This document shows positions 53,901 to 64,000 of a stretch of 64,000 nt of DNA, in pieces; the stretch's first letter is position 1, and each line of letters begins with the position of its first letter. The notes under the pieces are model-generated. The model ran no database searches and was not told where the DNA came from. It worked only from the letters and a program-made list of their open reading frames with translations. The position numbers and the translations under genes are program-made. Source of the DNA: Eledone cirrhosa (taxonomy: Eukaryota). The DNA lies in the NCBI GenBank assembly GCA_964016885.1, contig OZ024741.1, forward strand, positions 7,936,001 to 8,000,000, written 5' to 3'.

Positions 53901-56900
53901 CTCTCACACTCTGTCTCCCACTCTCTCTCTCACACTCTGTCTCACACTCTGTCTCTCACTCTCTCTCTCACACTCTGTCTCACACTCTGTCTCACACTCT
54001 GTCTCTCACACTCTGTCTCACACTCTGTCTCACACTCTGTCTCACACTCTCTCTCACACTCTGTCTCTCACACTCTGTCTCACACTCTGTCTCTCACACT
54101 CTGTCTCACACTCTGTCTCTCACTCTCTCTCTCACACTCTGTATCACACTCTGTCTCTCACTCTCTCTCTCACACTCTGTCTCACACTCTGTCTCTCACT
54201 CACTCTGTCTCACACTCTGTCTCATACTCTGTCTCACACTCTGTCTCTCACTCTGTCTCTCACTCTCTCTCTCTCACATTCTGTCTCACACTCTGTCTCA
54301 CACTCTGTCTCACACTCTGTCCCTCACACTCTGTCTCTCACTCTCTCTCTCACACTCTGTCTCACACTCTGTCTCTCTCTCTCTCTCACTCTGTCTCACA
54401 CTCTGTCTCACACTCTGTCTCTCACACTCTGTATCACACTCTGTCTCTCACTCTCTCTCTCACACTCTGTATCACACTCTGTCTCTCACTCTCTCTCTCA
54501 CACTCTCTCTCACACTCTGTCTCTCACTCACTCTGTCACACTCTGTCTCACACTCTGTCTCTCACACTCTGTCTCTCACTCTCTCTCTCACACTCTGTAT
54601 CACACTCTGTCTCTCAATCTCACTCTCACAGTCTGTCTCACACTCTGTCTCTCACTCTCTCTCTCACACTCTGTCTCACACTCTGTCTCTCACACTCTGT
54701 CTCTCACTCTCTCTCACACACTCTGTCTCATACTCTATCTCTCACTCTCTCTCTCACACTCTGTATCACACTCTGTCTCTCACTCTCTCTCTCCCACTCT
54801 GTCTCACACTCTGTCTCTTATACTCTGTCTCACACTCTGTCTCTCACTCTCTCTCTCACACTCTGTCTCACACTCTGTCTCTCACTGTATCTCTCACTCT
54901 CTCTCTCACACTCTGTATCACACTCTGTCTCTCACTCTCTCTCTCACACTCTGTCTCACACACTGTCTCTTACACTCTGCCTCACACTCTGTCTCTCACT
55001 CTCTCTCTCACACTCTGTCTCACATTCTGTCTCTCACTCTCTCTCTCTCACTCTGTCTCTCACTCTGTCTCTCACTCTCTCTGTCACACTCTGTCTCACA
55101 CTCTGTCTCACACTCCGTCTCTCACTCTCTCTCACACTCTGTCTCACACTCTCTCTCTCACTCTCTCTCTCACACTCTGTATCACACTCTGTCTCTCACT
55201 CTCTCTCTCTCACTCTGTCTCTCACTCTGTCTCTCACTCTCTCTCTCTCACTCTGTCTCACACTCTGTCTCACACTCTCTCTCTCACACTCTGTCACACA
55301 CTCTGTCTCACACTCTGTCTCTCACACTCTGTCTCCCACTCTGTCTCTCTCTCTCTCTCACTCTGTCTCACACTCTGTCTCACACTCTGTCTCTCACACT
55401 CTGTCTCCCACTCTCTCTCTCACACTCTGTCTCACACTCTGTCTCTCACTCTCTCTCTCACACTCTGTATCACACTCTGTCTCTCACTCTCTCTCTCACA
55501 CTCTGTCTCACACTCTGTCTCTCACTCACTCTGTCACACTCAGTCTCACACTCTGTCTCTCACACTCTGTCTCTCACTCTCTCTCTCACACTCTGTCTCA
55601 CACTCTGTCTCTCACTCTCACTCTCACACTCTGTATCACACTCTGTCTCTCACACTCTCTCTTATACTCTGTATCACAATCTGTCTCTTACTCTCTCTCT
55701 CACACTCTGTCTCACACTCTGTCTCTCACTCTCTCTCACACACTCTGTCTCATACTCTATCTCTCACTCTCTCTCTCACACTCTGTATCACACTCTGTCT
55801 CTCACTCTTTCTCTCACACTCTGTCTTACACTCTGTCTCTCACTTTCTCTCTCTCAATCTGTCTCTCACTCTGTCTCTCACTCTCTCTCTCACACTCTGT
55901 CTCTCACTCTCTCTCTCACACTCTGTCTCACACTCTGTCTCTCACTCTCTCTCTCACACTCTGTCTCTCACTCTCTCTCTCACACTCTGTCTCTCACTCT
56001 GTCTCTCACTCTGTCTCTCACCCTCTTTCTCACACTCTGTCTCACACTCTGTCTCACACTCTGTCTCACACTCTGTCTCTCACACTCTGTCTCACACTCT
56101 GTCTCACACTCTGTCTCACACTCTGTCTCTCACACTCTGTCTCACACTCTGTCTCTCACACTCTGTCTCACACTCTGTCTCTCACACTCTGTCTCACACT
56201 CTGTCTCTCACTCTCTCTCTCACACTTTGTCTCACACTCTGTCTCTCACTCACTCTCCCACACTCTGTCTCATACTCTGTCTCACACTCTGTCACTCACT
56301 CTCTCTCTCACACTCTGTCTCACACTCTGTCTCACCCTCTGTCTCTCACTCTGTCTCTCACTCTCTCTCTCTCATATTCTGTCTCACACTCTGTCTCACA
56401 CTCTGTCTCACACTCTGTCTCTTACACTCTGTCTCACACTCTGTCTCTCACACTCTGTCTCTCACTCTCTCTCTCACACTCTGTCTCACACTCTGTCTCA
56501 CACTCTGTCTCTCTCTCTCTCTCTCTCTCTCACTCTGTCTCACACTCTGTCTCACACTCTGTCTCTCACACTCTGTCTCTCACTCTCTCTCTCACACTCT
56601 GTCTCACATTCTGTCTCTCACTCTCTCTCTCACACTCTGTCTCAGACTCTCTCTCTCACACTCTGTCTCACACTCTGTCTCACACTCTGTCTCACACTCT
56701 GTCTGTTACACTCTGTCTCACACTCTCTCTCTCACACTCTGTCTCACACTCTGTCTCTCACACTCTGTCTCATACTCTGTCTCACACTCTGTCTCACACT
56801 CTGTCTCACACTCTGTCTCACACTCTGTTTCTCACACTCTGTCTCACACTCTGTCTCTCACTCTCTCTCTCACTCTCTCTCTCACACTCTGTCTCACACT

Positions 56901-59900
56901 CTATCTCTCACACTCTGTCTCTCACTCTGTCTCTCACACTCTCTCTCACACTCTGTCTCTCACTCACTCTGTCACACTCTGTCTCACACTCTGTCTCTCA
57001 CACTCTGTCTCTCACTCTCTCTCTCACACTCTGTATCACACTCTGTCTCTCAATCTCACTCTCACAGTCTGTCTCACACTCTGTCTCTCACTCTCTCTCT
57101 CACACTCTGTCTCACACTCTGTCTCTCACACTCTGTCTCTCACTCTCTCTCACACACTCTGTCTCATACTCTATCTCTCACTCTCTCTCTCACACTCTGT
57201 ATCACACTCTGTCTCTCACTCTCTCTCTCACACTCTGTCTCACACTCTGTCTCTTATACTCTGTCTCACACTCTGTCTCTCACTCTCTCTCTCACACTCT
57301 GTCTCACACTCTGTCTCTCACTGTATCTCTCACTCTCTCTCTCACACTCTGTATCACACTCTGTCTCTCACTCTCTCTCTCACACTCTGTCTCACACACT
57401 GTCTCTTACACTCTGCCTCACACTCTGTCTCTCACTCTCTCTCTCACACTCTGTCTCACATTCTGTCTCTCACTCTCTCTCTCTCACTCTGTCTCTCACT
57501 CTGTCTCTCACTCTCTCTGTCACACTCTGTCTCACACTCTGTCTCACACTCCGTCTCTCACTCTCTCTCACACTCTGTCTCACACTCTCTCTCTCACTCT
57601 CTCTCTCACACTCTGTATCACACTCTGTCTCTCACTCTCTCTCTCTCACTCTGTCTCTCACTCTGTCTCTCACTCTCTCTCTCTCACTCTGTCTCACACT
57701 CTGTCTCACACTCTCTCTCTCACACTCTGTCACACACTCTGTCTCACACTCTGTCTCTCACACTCTGTCTCCCACTCTGTCTCTCTCTCTCTCTCACTCT
57801 GTCTCACACTCTGTCTCACACTCTGTCTCTCACACTCTGTCTCCCACTCTCTCTCTCACACTCTGTCTCACACTCTGTCTCTCACTCTCTCTCTCACACT
57901 CTGTATCACACTCTGTCTCTCACTCTCTCTCTCACACTCTGTCTCACACTCTGTCTCTCACTCACTCTGTCACACTCAGTCTCACACTCTGTCTCTCACA
58001 CTCTGTCTCTCACTCTCTCTCTCACACTCTGTCTCACACTCTGTCTCTCACTCTCACTCTCACACTCTGTATCACACTCTGTCTCTCACACTCTCTCTTA
58101 TACTCTGTATCACAATCTGTCTCTTACTCTCTCTCTCACACTCTGTCTCACACTCTGTCTCTCACTCTCTCTCACACACTCTGTCTCATACTCTATCTCT
58201 CACTCTCTCTCTCACACTCTGTATCACACTCTGTCTCTCACTCTTTCTCTCACACTCTGTCTTACACTCTGTCTCTCACTTTCTCTCTCTCAATCTGTCT
58301 CTCACTCTGTCTCTCACTCTCTCTCTCACACTCTGTCTCTCACTCTCTCTCTCACACTCTGTCTCACACTCTGTCTCTCACTCTCTCTCTCACACTCTGT
58401 CTCTCACTCTCTCTCTCACACTCTGTCTCTCACTCTGTCTCTCACTCTGTCTCTCACCCTCTTTCTCACACTCTGTCTCACACTCTGTCTCACACTCTGT
58501 CTCACACTCTGTCTCTCACACTCTGTCTCACACTCTGTCTCACACTCTGTCTCACACTCTGTCTCTCACACTCTGTCTCACACTCTGTCTCTCACACTCT
58601 GTCTCACACTCTGTCTCTCACTCTCTCTCTCACACTTTGTCTCACACTCTGTCTCTCACTCACTCTCCCACACTCTGTCTCATACTCTGTCTCACACTCT
58701 GTCACTCACTCTCTCTCTCACACTCTGTCTCACACTCTGTCTCACACTCTGTCTCTCACTCTGTCTCTCACTCTCTCTCTCTCATATTCTGTCTCACACT
58801 CTGTCTCACACTCTGTCTCACACTCTGTCTCTTACACTCTGTCTCACACTCTGTCTCTCACACTCTGTCTCTCACTCTCTCTCTCACACTCTGTCTCACA
58901 CTCTGTCTCACACTCTGTCTCTCTCTCTCTCTCTCTCTCTCACTCTGTCTCACACTCTGTCTCACACTCTGTCTCTCACACTCTGTCTCTCACTCTCTCT
59001 CTCACACTCTGTCTCACATTCTGTCTCTCACTCTCTCTCTCACACTCTGTCTCAGACTCTCTCTCTCACACTCTGTCTCACACTCTGTCTCACACTCTGT
59101 CTCACAGTCTGTCTGTTACACTCTGTCTCACACTCTCTCTCTCACACTCTGTCTCACACTCTGTCTCTCACACTCTGTCTCATACTCTGTCTCACACTCT
59201 GTCTCACACTCTGTCTCACACTCTGTCTCACACTCTGTTTCTCACACTCTGTCTCACACTCTGTCTGTCACTCTCTCTCTCACTCTCTCTCTCACACTCT
59301 GTCTCACACTCTGTCTCTCACACTCTGTCTCTCACTCTGTCTCTCACTCTCTCTCTCACACTCTGTCTCACACTCTGTCTCTCACTCTGTCTCTCTCAAT
59401 CTGTCTCTCACTCTGTCTCTCACTCTCTCTCTCACACTCTGTCTCACACTCTGTCTCTTACACTCTGTCTCACACTCTGTCTCTCACTCTCTCACACTCT
59501 GTCTCACACTCTGTCTCTCACTCTCTCTCTCTCACTCTGTCTCTCACTCTGTCTCTCACTCTCTCTCTCACACTCTGTCTCACACTCTGTCTCACACTCC
59601 GTCTCTCACTCTCTCTCACTCTCTCTCTCACACTCTGTATCACACTCTGTCTCTCGCTCTCTCTCTCACTCTGTCTCTCACTCTGCCTCACACTCTCTCT
59701 CTCACACTCTGTATCACACTCTGTCTCTCACTCTCTCTCTCACACTCTGTCTCTCACTTTCTCTCTCTCAATCTGTCTCTCACTCTGTCTCTCACTCTCT
59801 CTCTCACACTCTGTCTCTCACTCTCTCTCTCACACTCTGTCTCACACTCTGTCTCTCACTCTCTCTCTCACACTCTGTCTCACACTCTGTCTCACACTCT

Positions 59901-60770
59901 GTCTCTCACACTCTGTCTCTCACTCTCTCTCTCACACTCTGTCTCTCACTCTGTCTCTCACTCTGTCTCTCACCCTCTCTCTCACACTCTGTCTCACACT
60001 CTGTCTCACACTCCGTCTCTCACTCTCTCTCACACTCTGTCTCACACTCTGTCTCACACTCCGTCTTTCACTCTCTCTCACACTCTGTCTCACACTCTGT
60101 CTCACATTCTGTCTCTCACTCTCTCTCTCTCACTCTGTCTCACACTCTCTCTCTCACACTCTGTCTCACATTCTGTCTCACACTCTCTCTCTCACACTCT
60201 GTCTCACACTCTGTCTCTCACACTCTGTCTCACACTCTGTCTCACACTCTGTCTCACACTCTGTCTCACACTCTGTCTCACACTCTGTCTCTCACTCACT
60301 CTGTCACACTCTGTCTCACACTCTGTCTCTCACACTCTGTCTCTCACTCTCTCTCTCTCACACTCTGTCTCACACTCTGTCTCTCACTCTCTCTCACACA
60401 CTCTGTCTCATACTCTATCTCTCACTCTCTCTCTCTCACTCTGTATCACACTCTGTCTCTCACTCTCTCTCTCTCACTCTGTATCACACTCTGTCTCTCA
60501 CTCTCTCTCTCACTCTGTCTCTCACTCTGTATCTCCCTCTCTCTCTCACACTCTCTATCACACTCTGTCTCTCACTCTCTCTCTCACACTCTGTATCACA
60601 CTCTGTGTCTCACTCTGTCTCTCACTCTCTCTCTCACACTCTGTATCACACTCTGTCTCTCACTCTCTCTCTCACACTCTATCTCACACTCTGTCTCACA
60701 CTCTGTCTCTCACTCTCTCTCTCACTCTCTCACACTCTGTCTCTCACTCTCTCTCTCTCTCACTCTGTCT
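50912..60770. repeat. About 9.9-kb degenerate simple satellite based on CTCTGTCTCACA (mostly 10-14-nt variants), pyrimidine-rich plus strand
   Basis: Read directly; contains an internal ~2.4-kb tandem duplication. Confidence 0.97.
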
Positions 60771-60849
60771 TTAAAATCTGACGAAGCCCACCTTTTCCAT
60801 TGAAGGATAGAAAGAGTGAGAGAATGGAAGTGAGAAATAGATATAGAAG

Positions 60850-61007
60850 AGGAATCGACTCCAGTATGAAACTGGTATTTTTTTATCGACCTCGAATAGA
60901 TGATAGCCAAAGTTGACCGCGGTTGGGTTTGAACTGAGAGAGTAGAATATCGAAACAAATACCACAAGGCATTCTATCCGATATTCTAACGACTCTGTCA
61001 ATTCGCT
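60850..61007 (-). mobile_element. Diverged tRNA-type SINE on the minus strand
   Basis: Reverse complement reads GCGAATTGACAGAGTCGTTAGA...GTTCAAACCCAACCGCGGTCAACTTTGGCTATCATCTATTCGAGGTCGATAAAAAAATACCAGT. Confidence 0.72.
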
Positions 61008-61014
61008 GTCTGTC

Positions 61015-61665
<651 letters not shown>

Positions 61666-61733
61666 GTGTATGTTCTGGCCTTCTAACTCCAAACATTTAT
61701 ACCATTTATATATGTATAATGTATATATATATA

Positions 61734-62196
<463 letters not shown>

Positions 62197-62263
62197 ATAT
62201 ATATATATATATATATATATTAATTCAAAATATTAACTAAATAGATATTCTTGTGATCAAGTA

Positions 62264-62330
62264 TATTTTATTATACATATTTCAGAGGTACTGAGTTAAC
62301 TTCAACAGTACGTCCTCATCAGATAAAATA
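62264..62330 (-). ncRNA. Type I hammerhead ribozyme, left arm of the palindrome
   Basis: Reverse complement of 62437-62503. Confidence 0.85.
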
Positions 62331-62436
62331 AGATGATGGATGACATACCCTGACATGGTAGATGGTTATGATTCAGTCATGGTAGTATGACTGAATCTTA
62401 ACCATCAACTATGTCAGGGTATGTCATGCATCATCT

Positions 62437-62503
62437 TATTTTATCTGATGAGGACGTACTGTTGAAGTTAACTCAGTACCTCTGAAATATGTATAATAAA
62501 ATA
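62437..62503 (+). ncRNA. Type I hammerhead ribozyme, right arm of the palindrome
   Basis: TATTTTAT-CTGATGA-GGAC-GTACTG(TTGAAGTTAACT)CAGTAC-CTCT-GAAA-TATGTA-TA-ATAAAATA: 8-bp stem I, stem II, short stem III, AUA site. Confidence 0.85.
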
Positions 62504-62640
62504 TACTTGATCACAAGAATATCTATTTAGTTAATATTTTGAATTAATATTAATAACTCCGGAAACACATAACGGTTGAGTGCTTCCAATCTATTGTAAA
62601 ACTCATTCTTTGATTTATTAATTGAACCTTGTTTAACCTT

Positions 62641-63282
<642 letters not shown>

Positions 63283-63325
63283 TAAATTATACAATTATCA
63301 AAGTTGTGTTCAAATCATTTAATAG

Positions 63326-63368
63326 CTGACAATCGTTTCTTCCAAACTCTCATTTAGATTCATCGGAG
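63326..63368 (-). ncRNA. Variant hammerhead motif
   Basis: CT-CCGATGA-A-TCTAAAT(GAGA)GTTTGGA-A-GAAAC-GATT-GTC-AG; weak stem I, U-to-C change in the core; about 55 nt from a (TA)n tract on its 3' side. Confidence 0.5.
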
Positions 63369-64000
63369 TATTATCAATGTTTGCACATATAATTAACCTT
63401 CTATTCAACTGAACAATAATATAGATACATATAAATTGATGTAGTGAGAAACAGTTTCGTATTTACAGGCTGGAATGGATGTGACATATATTTTACGAGA
63501 ATTGTACAATAATTGTACAAACATTCAAGTTCAAATTCAAATTCGAATTCAAATTAAACTAAAATCAAAAGCACGGAGTGGAATACATGCAACAGTTAAA
63601 ACAAGAATAGTCCAAATATTAAAGAGGCATTGAGGAAGTAGTTTTGAGAAAGGACGAGTGCAATAACAATTCATATGCAGGTGTGTGGATAGTGAGACTG
63701 CGTCAGTCATATATATGAGGAGGAGACAAGCAAAGCTATTATGTATATATAGATGAATAAATACTGCACTTTAAGCAAATATGTTAATGTATTAGAATCT
63801 ATGGTGGATGTTGAATGTTGATGGTGTTCGAATTAATGTGTGTTGAGAAACATACAGTTTTTGCAGACTTTTACATGATATATGTTGAATTAAATTTTAG
63901 TTAATGTTTATATTGAATGTTTTAAGTTAGTTAGAGCAATGGATTGTAAATTAGTCTTAAAGAATTCATATTCATAGACTATATTTGATCAACCGTTAAA

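Larger units (their letters stand above)
62217..62550. repeat. 334-bp near-perfect palindrome, ~164-bp arms, 6-nt centre
   Basis: TAATTCAAAATATTAACTAAATAGATATTC...ATTCAGTCAT-GGTAGT-ATGACTGAAT...GAATATCTATTTAGTTAATATTTTGAATTA; a few mismatches near the centre. Confidence 0.96.

Noticed and set aside
50989-60774. 3261-aa Ser/His/Leu/Thr ORF and the overlapping 714-aa ORF
   Set aside because: The CTCTGTCTCACA repeat almost never forms stop codons on the plus strand; several frames are open, unit lengths do not preserve frame, and the ORF does not start at a real ATG.

Overview
Eukaryotic, gene-free repetitive DNA. The SINE and RTE-tail sequences resemble those I recall from octopod cephalopods; this is inference, not a search result. 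Bases 1-38480 are one uninterrupted 29-bp satellite array (about 1,325 units) with kb-scale higher-order duplications. Bases 38481-50900 and 60770-64000 are a microsatellite-rich transposon graveyard: Penelope-like element (PLE) GIY-YIG remnants, tRNA-type SINEs, RTE and CRE-like LINE 3' ends and a non-autonomous Helitron. Bases ~50912-60770 are a CTCTGTCTCACA-type satellite. The main hidden signal is a dense set of type I hammerhead ribozyme (HHR) motifs (five with intact cores, two near-intact variants, several degenerate) in short, sequence-diverse cassettes whose 3' ends usually run into (TA)n tracts. Several sit in fold-back palindromes, including a 334-bp palindrome with an intact HHR on each strand. 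A second theme is SINE-derived tandem repeats: a 13x45-bp minisatellite is built from a SINE head, and the 29-bp satellite unit aligns without gaps to a 29-nt stretch of the same SINE. No intact host gene is supported; nearly all listed ORFs are repeat artefacts.
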